A DNA stretch of 16,206 bases. It comes from Thermofilaceae archaeon (lineage in GTDB: Archaea; Thermoproteota; Thermoprotei; Thermofilales; Thermofilaceae). The stretch is taken from assembly GCA_038727095.1 (NCBI GenBank), contig JAVYWK010000035.1:1-16206 (forward strand), read 5' to 3'. This document shows, in pieces, positions 7,771-15,754 of the stretch. Within the stretch, counting starts at the first letter, position 1. Each line of letters begins with the position of its first letter. The position numbers were made by a program, and so were the translations under genes. The notes below the pieces were generated by a model. That model ran no database searches. It worked only from the letters and a program-made list of their open reading frames with translations, and was not told the DNA's origin.

Positions 7771-8804
7771 CGGAGGGCTCGTACGCGACCACCGACGCTA
7801 AGACGGCCCACGGCCTGGTGAGGAGGAGCGAGCGCTACAGGATCGTCGGCGTCATCGATAGCAGGCTCGCCGGCCGGGACGCTGGGGAGGTTCTCGACGG
7901 AAAACGCCGGGGCATCAAGATCTACACGTCGCTCGAGGAGGCGCTAGGGGAACACCCCGACGTGAGGTACCTGATAATCGGTGTTGCAACCACGGGGGGA
8001 GTACTACCTCCGGGCTACAGGGAGACGGTGAAAGCGGCGCTCAAGAGAGGGATCAGCGTCGTCTCCGGCCTCCACGAGTTCCTCAGCGACGACCCTGAGC
8101 TTGCTCAGATCGCTCGCTCCACAGGCGCGGAGATCATAGACGTCCGCAAGCTCTTCTACGGCATGCGCATCCACTACAGCGGTAGAATAAGGGAGGTGAA
8201 GGCGCTGAAGATCGTGGTGGCGGGGACGGACTCCGCCGTGGGTAAGCGGACGACCGCCTGGATGATCGCTGACGAGCTGAACAGGCGCAGCGTTAAAACG
8301 GTCTTCATCGGGACGGGGCAGACCGCGTGGATGCAGGGGGCTAAGTACGCCTTCGTCCTGGACAGCCTGATCAACGACTTCATTCCAGGAGTCCTCGAAG
8401 AAGTCGTCTGGAGGGCGTACGTTGAGGAGCGCCCAAAGGCGATTGTCGTGCCTGGCCAGGGCTCACCCCTCCACCCGGTTTTCCCCGGAACCTTCGAGAT
8501 CCTCAACCTGCTGAAGCCGGAGGTAACGATTCTGCAGCACGCGCCCGCCAGGAAGCACTTTGACGGCTTCCCCGAGTACACCATGCCCCCGCTGGAAGAC
8601 TACCTCAAGCTGCTGGAGATCCTCACCGGGAGGAGCGTCTTCGCGATCACGCTGAACACCGAGGGTTTGACGAGGGAGGAGGCCCTAGCCATCGGGGCGG
8701 AGCTCGAGAGGAAGTACGGCATACCAACCGTCGTGCCCCCAGAGGAGGGAGTTGGCAGGATTGTGGACTTGATCCTGGAGAAGTTCCCCGAGCTGAAGAG
8801 CTAG
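7740..8804 (+). CDS. DUF1611 family protein (DgcN / D-glutamate N-acetyltransferase-like)
   Basis: AKTAHGLVR, IIGVATTGG, VSGLHEFL, GTDSAVGKRTT, TGQTAWMQG, DFIPG and GQGSPLHP match the DUF1611 pattern. 31-nt overlap with the PLP enzyme. Confidence 0.85.
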   Translation: MDERPKAVILAEGSYATTDAKTAHGLVRRSERYRIVGVIDSRLAGRDAGEVLDGKRRGIKIYTSLEEALGEHPDVRYLIIGVATTGGVLPPGYRETVKAALKRGISVVSGLHEFLSDDPELAQIARSTGAEIIDVRKLFYGMRIHYSGRIREVKALKIVVAGTDSAVGKRTTAWMIADELNRRSVKTVFIGTGQTAWMQGAKYAFVLDSLINDFIPGVLEEVVWRAYVEERPKAIVVPGQGSPLHPVFPGTFEILNLLKPEVTILQHAPARKHFDGFPEYTMPPLEDYLKLLEILTGRSVFAITLNTEGLTREEALAIGAELERKYGIPTVVPPEEGVGRIVDLILEKFPELKS

Positions 8805-9550
8805 AGGTTCAACTCGAAGCCGCTGGGAGTTTTCCGGACGATTATCTTCACCTTCCTTACCCCATACTTCACCAGGTTCTCCGCCAAATCGACACCGACT
8901 GAGGCTACGATTAGCGCACCCACGAGCTCGCACTTGGCCTGCTCCAGTATGGAGGAGATCGCCTGGAGGGATTCGAAGTTCCTCGTCACACTCTTCACCA
9001 CCAGGACCTTCGCTCCCTTCTCGAGGGCCTCCCTCGGGATGTGCAGGTAGACCGTCTCGCCCCTCTCGCTCGAACGATAGGAGGCGGTGTACAGCTTCCC
9101 CCAGCTCGCCCAAGCCCTCTCGGTCGCAACGCACGCGTCCGCGCTCAACCAGTCCGCTACTATCGCGGCGAGAGCCGAATCGCGCTCGTTCGTCGCCAGC
9201 ACCAGGTCGACGTTATCCTGCCCGAACGCTTTCCACGCTATGTAGCCGACCAGGTTGAGGAAGCGGGGGTTGAAGAACAGGCGCCACTCCTCCGCTATGC
9301 CCTGGGGCTTTACGACGAGCTCTCTGATCGCACGCTCCAGAAGGTGCTTGCTCTCGATCGCGTCCAGCAGCTTCTTCGCGGTTCCGCGCTCAGGGAACTG
9401 GACGTGACTCGTGTACCTCCACAGGACCTGCGCTGGGACGTCTAGGAGCCCCTCTAGCTCCTTAAAGGTGTAGACCTCCTTCAACCCGCCCAGTAGCCGC
9501 ACAGCGACGTACGAGCTCTCCTTATCCTTATCCCCCGAGTTAGGGGGCAT
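8801..9550 (-). CDS. HTH + phosphoribosyltransferase-fold protein (putative regulator, degenerate PRPP loop)
   Basis: Likely start ATG 9550 with an AGGGAGGG SD. N-terminal YTFKELEGLLDVPAQVLWRY HTH, then a type I PRTase fold (LHIPREALEKGAKVLVV...). Confidence 0.75.
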   Translation of the reverse strand: MPPNSGDKDKESSYVAVRLLGGLKEVYTFKELEGLLDVPAQVLWRYTSHVQFPERGTAKKLLDAIESKHLLERAIRELVVKPQGIAEEWRLFFNPRFLNLVGYIAWKAFGQDNVDLVLATNERDSALAAIVADWLSADACVATERAWASWGKLYTASYRSSERGETVYLHIPREALEKGAKVLVVKSVTRNFESLQAISSILEQAKCELVGALIVASVGVDLAENLVKYGVRKVKIIVRKTPSGFELNL

Positions 9551-9552
9551 TT

Positions 9553-9586
9553 CCCTCCCTGTGTCGGGAGGGGTGCACAATAAATA
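9553..9586. promoter_or_regulatory. Compact divergent promoter with an inverted repeat
   Basis: AATAAATA (9579-9586) lies between ATG 9550 (-) and GTG 9608 (+). Perfect IR CCCTCCC-N6-GGGAGGG at 9553-9572. Confidence 0.5.
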
Positions 9587-9607
9587 CCTTCTGCAAAAAC
9601 GGGGCTC

Positions 9608-10717
9608 GTGATACTCTACGAGTTCGAGGTTAAGCGGATCCTCGAGGAGTATGGAATCCCCACAGAGCGCGCAGTCCTGGTCGGCGAGGCAGACGTGGGG
9701 AGATTCGAGGAGCTGATTTCCTACCTCAAACCCCCCTACGTCGTAAAAGCTCAGGTTCGCGGGTGGGGCAGGGGGAGGATGGGCCTGGTGAGGACCGCGG
9801 GAACGCCCAGCGAGGCTAAGTCGCACGCGCTGCAAATACTCGGTGCAACGTTCAGGGGCGAGAGAGTCAAGCACGTGATGGTCTCAGAGAAGCTCCGCGT
9901 GGTGAGGGAGCTGTACTTGTCCATGATGGTGGGTGGCTCTCCGCCGGGGGTGCTTCTCTTAGCCAGCTCCGCCGGCGGGATCGAGGTGGAGGAGGCTGTG
10001 GGAGGCGTGCTCATGCTGAGGGTGGATCCGCACACGGGCCTCAGGAGCTACCACGTGAGGCGGGTTGCGAAGCAGCTGAACACGCCGGAGAGCGCGATCG
10101 AGCCCATCCTGCGGGGCATGTACAAGGCCCTTTGGGACTACAGCCTCACCCTCCTCGAGCTCAACCCCCTCGCCGAGACTGAGCAGGGGCTCGTTGCAGT
10201 GGATCGCAAGGCCATCGCGGACACCGACTCGGGCAACCCTAGGCTCGCAGAGTTCATCTCCAGGTACGAGGAGGAGCTCGGCCCCCTGCAGCTCGAAGCT
10301 AAGCGGTGGGGTTTCGCCGCGGTGAAGCTCGAGGGGGACGTCGCGGTGGTCGGTAACGGCGCGGGGCTGACGCTGGCCACCTTGGACGCGGTAGCTGAGG
10401 CCGGCGGGAGGCCGGGCCTCTTCCTCGACCTGGGCGGTGGAGCAGCGGCGGAGCGCGTGAAAGCTGCGCTAAAGCTCGTGCTGAGCGAGCCCGGCATCCG
10501 GAAGGTGCTGGTGAACATCGTGGGCGGGATCACGAGGTGCGATGAGGTGGCGAAGGGGGTTGTCGAAGCCCTACGGGAGGCTGGCGGAGAGGGCGTTAAG
10601 CTGGCAGTACGCTTGACCGGTTTCATGGAAGAGGAGGGGAGGAGGATCCTCAGCGAGGCGGGGGTCAAGGCCTTCGGCTCGCTGGAGGGAGCTGTAGGCG
10701 AGGTGGTCGGCCCGTGA
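9608..10717 (+). CDS. sucC: Succinyl-CoA synthetase (NDP-forming) beta subunit
   Basis: LYEFEVK, KAQVRGWGRGR ATP-grasp, ELNPL, GNGAGL, FLDLGGGA and NIVGGITRCD. Confidence 0.92.
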   Translation: MILYEFEVKRILEEYGIPTERAVLVGEADVGRFEELISYLKPPYVVKAQVRGWGRGRMGLVRTAGTPSEAKSHALQILGATFRGERVKHVMVSEKLRVVRELYLSMMVGGSPPGVLLLASSAGGIEVEEAVGGVLMLRVDPHTGLRSYHVRRVAKQLNTPESAIEPILRGMYKALWDYSLTLLELNPLAETEQGLVAVDRKAIADTDSGNPRLAEFISRYEEELGPLQLEAKRWGFAAVKLEGDVAVVGNGAGLTLATLDAVAEAGGRPGLFLDLGGGAAAERVKAALKLVLSEPGIRKVLVNIVGGITRCDEVAKGVVEALREAGGEGVKLAVRLTGFMEEEGRRILSEAGVKAFGSLEGAVGEVVGP

Positions 10718-11601
10718 CGATTCTCGTCGACGAGGGCACGAGGGTCCTCGTGCAGGGGATCACGGGGAGGCAGGGGAGCCTGCACACGGAGGAGATGCTA
10801 CGCTACGGGACGAGGGTCGTGGCCGGAGTTTCGCCCGGCAAGGGGGGTGGGAGGGTGCACGGCGTCCCAGTCTACGATACAGTGGCTGAGGCGGTGGAGG
10901 CCCACCCCGACATCAATGCGTCGATAATCTTCGTCCCGGCGCGCTACGCTCCAGACGCCGTCTATGAGGCGGTTGACGCTGGGATCCCGCTGGTAGTGGT
11001 TATCACGGAGGGGATCCCGGTGCACGAAACCCTCCTCATGGTCAACTACGCCACGCGGCGGGGCTCCACGATCATCGGCCCAAACACGCCGGGCGTGATC
11101 AGCGTTGGGAAGTGCAAGGTGGGGATCATGCCGGGCCACCTCTTCAAGCCCGGGAGGATCGGTATCGTTTCGAGGAGCGGGACGCTCACCTACGAGGTCG
11201 CGTTGAGGCTCGCCGAGGCGGGCTTCGGAGTATCGACCGCCGTCGGGATCGGCGGGGACCCCGTCACTGGGCTCAGCTTCTGGGATGTCTACGAGATGTT
11301 CCAGCGGGATCCCGAAACGGACGCCGTGGTGCTCGTGGGAGAGATCGGTGGAACGAGGGAGGAGGAGCTCGCCAGGGCGTACGCTGTAAGGCGCGGTAAG
11401 CCCGTCGTCGCGTACATAGCCGGCCGCTACGCGCCACCCGGCAGGAGGATGGGTCACGCCGGTGCCATAGCATTCGGCGCCCGGGGTACTTACGAGGGGA
11501 AGGTTGAGGAGCTCTCCCGAGCCGGAGTGCCTGTAGCCGGTAGCTTACGCGAGATCCCAGCGCTACTATCGCGGGTCCTAAGAGAGGCCGGCTCGGGGTA
11601 A
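10714..11601 (+). CDS. sucD: Succinyl-CoA synthetase alpha subunit
   Basis: VQGITG, ITEGIP, IGPNTPG, SRSGTLTYE, GEIGG and phospho-His MGHAGA. GTGA overlap with sucC. Confidence 0.96.
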   Translation: MTILVDEGTRVLVQGITGRQGSLHTEEMLRYGTRVVAGVSPGKGGGRVHGVPVYDTVAEAVEAHPDINASIIFVPARYAPDAVYEAVDAGIPLVVVITEGIPVHETLLMVNYATRRGSTIIGPNTPGVISVGKCKVGIMPGHLFKPGRIGIVSRSGTLTYEVALRLAEAGFGVSTAVGIGGDPVTGLSFWDVYEMFQRDPETDAVVLVGEIGGTREEELARAYAVRRGKPVVAYIAGRYAPPGRRMGHAGAIAFGARGTYEGKVEELSRAGVPVAGSLREIPALLSRVLREAGSG

Positions 11602-11712
11602 ACCGAGGATCGAGCGTAGCGGCTAAACAGCGCTCGTTTGACCGCGGTTAGCCAGCTCGTTGAAGGATTGCTAGGCCGACGGTAGATCTTCGCTCTAGCG
11701 ATCGGCGAGGGG

Positions 11713-12549
11713 TTAGCTGAACCTGGCTAGCAGCTTCGCTAGGGTGAGCTTCCTTAGGCTCGCGAGCTCTGCGGGCTGCTTAACCAAGTGCTTGAAGTTC
11801 TCCTCGAAGGCCGGCTTCTCGACATCGTAGAGCACGCCGAGCGGGATCTTCTCCGCCTCCAAGGCAAGGTTCAAAGCCACCTTGAAGTCCGCGGGGTCGT
11901 GCCCCTCCAGCTTGTACAGCCTTCCCCTGATCTCGCGCCTCACGTCGTAGAAGGTGGGGCAGGGCTGAATGACGTCGATTATCGCGAAGCCCCTGTGGTT
12001 TACGGCGCGCTTAATCAGCTCCTTCAAGTGCTGGACGTCGTCGCTGAAGCCGCGAGCGACGAAAGTCGCCCCGCTAGCCAAGGCTAGCAGAATTGGGTTG
12101 AAGGGCTCCTCCGGGTTTCCGGACGGCGTCGATCTGGTTCTAACACCCTTCGGAGTCGTGGGGCCCGCCTGGCCCGTCGTAAGGGCGAAGATCATGTTGT
12201 TGTGGACGATGACCGCGATACCTACGTTCCTCCGGGCTGCGTGGAGCAGGTGGCTGAGGCCGATCGAGTACGCGTCCCCGTCGCCGGTGTGGACGATAAC
12301 CTTCAGGCTGGGGTTCGCCAGCTTCACGCCGACTGCAACGGGTACCGCCCTCCCGTGTATCGCGTGAAAGGCGTTCACCCCCAGGTACTCCGTCATCCTG
12401 CCGTGGCAGCCGATGCCAGCAACCGCGACCACGCTCTCCGGCTTGAGCCCCAGCTCGGCGAGCGCTGCTCTCACTGCCGCGAGGATGCCGTAGTTCCCGC
12501 AGCCCGGGCACCACTGGGGCCGCCTACCCGTGTCGAAGGCGCTAGCCAC
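11713..12549 (-). CDS. korB: 2-oxoacid:ferredoxin oxidoreductase beta subunit
   Basis: WCPGCGN, GIGC, TPP motif GDGD...HNN, TTGQ and QPCPTF. Likely start GTG 12549 overlapping the korA stop, with a GGGAGG SD. Confidence 0.92.
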   Translation of the reverse strand: MASAFDTGRRPQWCPGCGNYGILAAVRAALAELGLKPESVVAVAGIGCHGRMTEYLGVNAFHAIHGRAVPVAVGVKLANPSLKVIVHTGDGDAYSIGLSHLLHAARRNVGIAVIVHNNMIFALTTGQAGPTTPKGVRTRSTPSGNPEEPFNPILLALASGATFVARGFSDDVQHLKELIKRAVNHRGFAIIDVIQPCPTFYDVRREIRGRLYKLEGHDPADFKVALNLALEAEKIPLGVLYDVEKPAFEENFKHLVKQPAELASLRKLTLAKLLARFS

Positions 12550-14239
12550 CCCTCCCACCCCGCACGAACTCCACGATCTCCTCCGGCTCCAACTGCCTCC
12601 CATCGTAGCGTAGCAGCAGCGAATCGGGCTCCCGCAGCAGGTGCTCCCTCACCAGCGACGCCAGCTGCCCCGTCGCGTTGTTCTCGGCCACCAGCACTCT
12701 GCACCCCTCGAGCTCCCTCCCGAGCGATTGGGCTGGGAAGGGCTCTAGCCAGACGACTTGGACGAGCTTCACCCCCTCCAGCTCCCTCAGGGCCTCCAGC
12801 GCCACCATCTTCGTCGAGCCCCAGACGAGGAGCGCCACCCTACCCGAACCGTACACCTTCACCCCCCTCTCCTCCGCCAGCGCCCTCAGTATCCTGAGCT
12901 TCCTGAACCGCTTCTCCTGCATCCTCCTGACAGTCTCCGGGTCGACGGTGACGAACCCCTCCTCGTCGTGCTCGTTCGCATTCGCGTAGACCCTTGCGCC
13001 CCTCGAGCCGGGGAGCAGCATCGGCGAGACGCCGTCATCTGTCACGCGGTACCTGGCATAGCCCGCTGGTGCCTCACCAACGATGATGGACCCCTCGTCG
13101 GGCTCAACCCTCGGCAGCCCATCAATCGTCCAGTAGCTCTCCCCCAGGTACTTGTCGGTCAGGAGGATGACGGGAACCTGGTAGCGCCATGCAAGGTTCA
13201 GCGCCTCGCAGGTCAGCTGGTAGGCTTCAACTGGATCGCCCGGTGCCAGCACGACGCGCGGGAACTCGCCGTGAGAAGCGTGGATGGCGAACCTCAAGTC
13301 GCCTTGAGCTGTGTGAGTGGGGAGCCCAGTGCTCGGTCCCGCCCGCTGGACGTTCACGACCACGATCGGCGTCTCAGTCATCGCGGCTTCGCCGAGCGCC
13401 TCAGCCATCAGAGAGAAACCGGGGCCTGAGGTTGCGACGACAGCCCTCGCTCCGGCGTACGCGGCTCCCACAGCCATGTTGATGGCCGCTAGCTCGCACT
13501 CGGCTTGAACCACGATCGCTCCAACCTCCTCCTGAACTTCGGCTAAGAAATGGAGGATAGGGGAGGCGGGCGTGATCGGGTAGGCTGCGAAGAAGCTCAT
13601 GCCCCCGGCTAGCGCCCCCAACGCGACGGCCGAGTTGCCGTCTAAGAGCAGACGCCCCCCTCGCGGCTCATACTTGAGCTTGAGGCTGGGTAAGGCTTCA
13701 AGCTTAACCCCCAACTCGTAAGCCATCGTCGCGACTCGCACGTTGAGCTCTGCGAGCCTCTCCCGACCCCTGTAGTAGCTCTTCACCGCCTCGAGAATCG
13801 GCTCCAGCCTCGCACCCATCATCGCTAGGAGGGCGCACAAACCCGCGACGTTCACCGCCACCGGAGGCGCACCAGCCTTTTCCACAACCTCTCGGAGGCC
13901 CAGCGCTACGATGCGCGCGTTGCTGCGAAGCCCCTTTGCCACAGACTCGTCGCAGACGACTACCCCTCCCTCCCCCAATTTCGCTTCGTGAAACCTAATG
14001 GACTCCGCGTCGAGCGCGAGCAGCGCGTCGATCGACCGGCAGTGCGCGTACACGTTTTCGCCCAATCGACCCCTGACGAGAACCCACTGGTGCCCGCCCC
14101 TGATCGTACTAGGGTACTCGTTCGTCGCGAAGGCGCTGTAGCCGTGGTAGAGCAGGGCTCTCGCTGCGATCGCTCCGGTGGCGAACACGCCCGAACCCGC
14201 CGGCCCACCAACCAGGACGGCTAGCTCCTTGGCAGCCAT
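12542..14239 (-). CDS. korA: 2-oxoacid:ferredoxin oxidoreductase alpha subunit (gamma-alpha fusion)
   Basis: GGPAGSG and YPSTIRGG gamma domain, then GNSAVA, YPITP, ATSGPG, QRAGPSTGLPT and NEHDE. Confidence 0.93.
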   Translation of the reverse strand: MAAKELAVLVGGPAGSGVFATGAIAARALLYHGYSAFATNEYPSTIRGGHQWVLVRGRLGENVYAHCRSIDALLALDAESIRFHEAKLGEGGVVVCDESVAKGLRSNARIVALGLREVVEKAGAPPVAVNVAGLCALLAMMGARLEPILEAVKSYYRGRERLAELNVRVATMAYELGVKLEALPSLKLKYEPRGGRLLLDGNSAVALGALAGGMSFFAAYPITPASPILHFLAEVQEEVGAIVVQAECELAAINMAVGAAYAGARAVVATSGPGFSLMAEALGEAAMTETPIVVVNVQRAGPSTGLPTHTAQGDLRFAIHASHGEFPRVVLAPGDPVEAYQLTCEALNLAWRYQVPVILLTDKYLGESYWTIDGLPRVEPDEGSIIVGEAPAGYARYRVTDDGVSPMLLPGSRGARVYANANEHDEEGFVTVDPETVRRMQEKRFRKLRILRALAEERGVKVYGSGRVALLVWGSTKMVALEALRELEGVKLVQVVWLEPFPAQSLGRELEGCRVLVAENNATGQLASLVREHLLREPDSLLLRYDGRQLEPEEIVEFVRGGRGG

Positions 14240-14260
14240 TACGCACGCGGTAGCTCAGAG

Positions 14261-14414
14261 TATGATATTTGTTGCTGCTCAACGCACGAAACACCATCGG
14301 AGCGCGCGTGCAGCCTCCGTTGCGAAACGGGCGATACCGCCAGCCGTCCGTTAAAACTTCATTAACCGGGAGGCAGACCCCCTTGCCGACTCATTAGGCG
14401 TCCACATTTATTTA
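14261..14414. promoter_or_regulatory. Divergent korAB / gdh promoter region
   Basis: AAATATCATA on - (14261-14270) before ATG 14239. TTTATTTA on + (14407-14414), 23-30 nt before GTG 14437. Confidence 0.55.
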
Positions 14415-14436
14415 CCGTTCGCCCCGATCCTCAAGC

Positions 14437-15705
14437 GTGAGCGAAGGCTCCTCACAACTGCTCAGAACCGTGTTAACGACCCTGCGAAGGGGGGTTGAGC
14501 TGGGAGGTTTCCCGGAGCAGTTTTACACCACCCTGAGCAAGCCGGAGAGGGTGGTCATCGTCTCGATACCGGTCCGCATGGACGACAACAGGCTTGAGGT
14601 CTTCGAGGGCTTCAGAGTCCAGCACTGCAGCGCTCTAGGCCCCTACAAGGGCGGGATCCGCTTCCACCCAAACGTCACGCTGGAGGACGATATCGCGCTA
14701 GCGATGCTGATGACTCTGAAGAACTCCCTTGCCGGCCTACCCTACGGGGGTGGGAAAGGGGCTGTTCGGGTGGACCCCCGCAAGCTCACCCGGCGCGAAC
14801 TGGAGATGCTGTCGAGAGGATACGTAAGAGCCCTATACTCCGTTCTCGGCGAGCTTCTCGATATCCCCGGACCCGACTCTGGGACCGATCAGCAAGTGAT
14901 GGCGTGGATGGTCGACGAGTACAGCAGGTTGAAGGGCTATCCCAGCCCCGCCTCCTTCACGGGTAAGCCGGTGGAGCTTGGCGGCGACCCGGCGAGGGTT
15001 TACGCGACCGGCTTCGGGTGCGCCGTAATCACGAAGCTGGCCGCTGAGGAATTCATCGGGACCTCGAAGGGGTTGACGCTGGCCATCCAGGGCTTCGGGA
15101 ACGTGGGCTCCTGGCACGCCTACTGGGCCTCCAAGATGGGCTTCAAGATCGTCGCAATATCCGACATCGGCGGCACGGTGTACGACCCCTCCGGCATCGA
15201 CGTGGAAAAGGCAATGAAGGTCGCGAGGGAGACAGGTACGATCTACAACTACCCCGGTGGCGAGCACTCGAGGGATACGAAGGGGGCTCTCTACGCCGAC
15301 GCCGATATTGTCGCCCCAGACGCGCTCGAGAACCAACTGACGGTCGAGAACGTGCACCTCGTCAAAGCGAAGATCGTGGTGGAGGGCGCCAACGGCCCCA
15401 CCACCCCTGAGGCCGAGAGGATCCTGGCCGAGAGAGGAATCGTCGTGGTCCCGGACATGCTCGCCAACGCGGGTGGAGTTGTTACGAGCTACTTCGAGTG
15501 GGCTCAAAACCTTCAGCGCTGGAGCTGGGGCGAGGAGGAGACGAGGTCCAGGCTGGCAAAACTGATGGAGTCCAACTTCAGGAGGGTGTGCGAGCACTGG
15601 GGGAAGCTGAGGAGCCAGCGCAAGGACGCGTCCATGAGGGATGCGGCTGTCGTGGCCGCGCTGCAGCGCGTGTACGACGCCATGAAGCTTCGCGGCTGGA
15701 TTTAA
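14437..15705 (+). CDS. gdhA: Glutamate dehydrogenase (Glu/Leu/Phe/Val family)
   Basis: GPYKGGIRF, MTLKN, GGGKG, FTGKP, ATGFG, IQGFGNVG, EGANGP and NAGGVVTSYFEW. Confidence 0.93.
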   Translation: MSEGSSQLLRTVLTTLRRGVELGGFPEQFYTTLSKPERVVIVSIPVRMDDNRLEVFEGFRVQHCSALGPYKGGIRFHPNVTLEDDIALAMLMTLKNSLAGLPYGGGKGAVRVDPRKLTRRELEMLSRGYVRALYSVLGELLDIPGPDSGTDQQVMAWMVDEYSRLKGYPSPASFTGKPVELGGDPARVYATGFGCAVITKLAAEEFIGTSKGLTLAIQGFGNVGSWHAYWASKMGFKIVAISDIGGTVYDPSGIDVEKAMKVARETGTIYNYPGGEHSRDTKGALYADADIVAPDALENQLTVENVHLVKAKIVVEGANGPTTPEAERILAERGIVVVPDMLANAGGVVTSYFEWAQNLQRWSWGEEETRSRLAKLMESNFRRVCEHWGKLRSQRKDASMRDAAVVAALQRVYDAMKLRGWI

Positions 15706-15754
15706 GCCCCCGACCTCAAGCTTCGCTTATATCTTCCCCATTCACGACTCGGGC

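Noticed and set aside
8801-8804. Convergent stop codons overlapping in CTAG
   Set aside because: Real, but a common compact-genome arrangement.
9551-9874. N-terminal 108-aa extension of the 357-aa ORF 8801..9874
   Set aside because: Mostly antisense to sucC and not domain-like. ATG 9550 has an SD and a TATA at the right spacing.
11602-11712. Short inverted repeats in the convergent sucD-korB spacer
   Set aside because: Only 5-6 bp stems, with no T-tract or recognisable RNA motif.
12550-12603. Longer korB start at 12603
   Set aside because: Lies within korA. GTG 12549 with an SD gives the usual N-terminus just before WCPGCG.
14247-14258. tRNA-like 5' motif GCGGTAGCTCAG
   Set aside because: No D-stem closure, anticodon arm, TTCGA loop or acceptor pairing follows.
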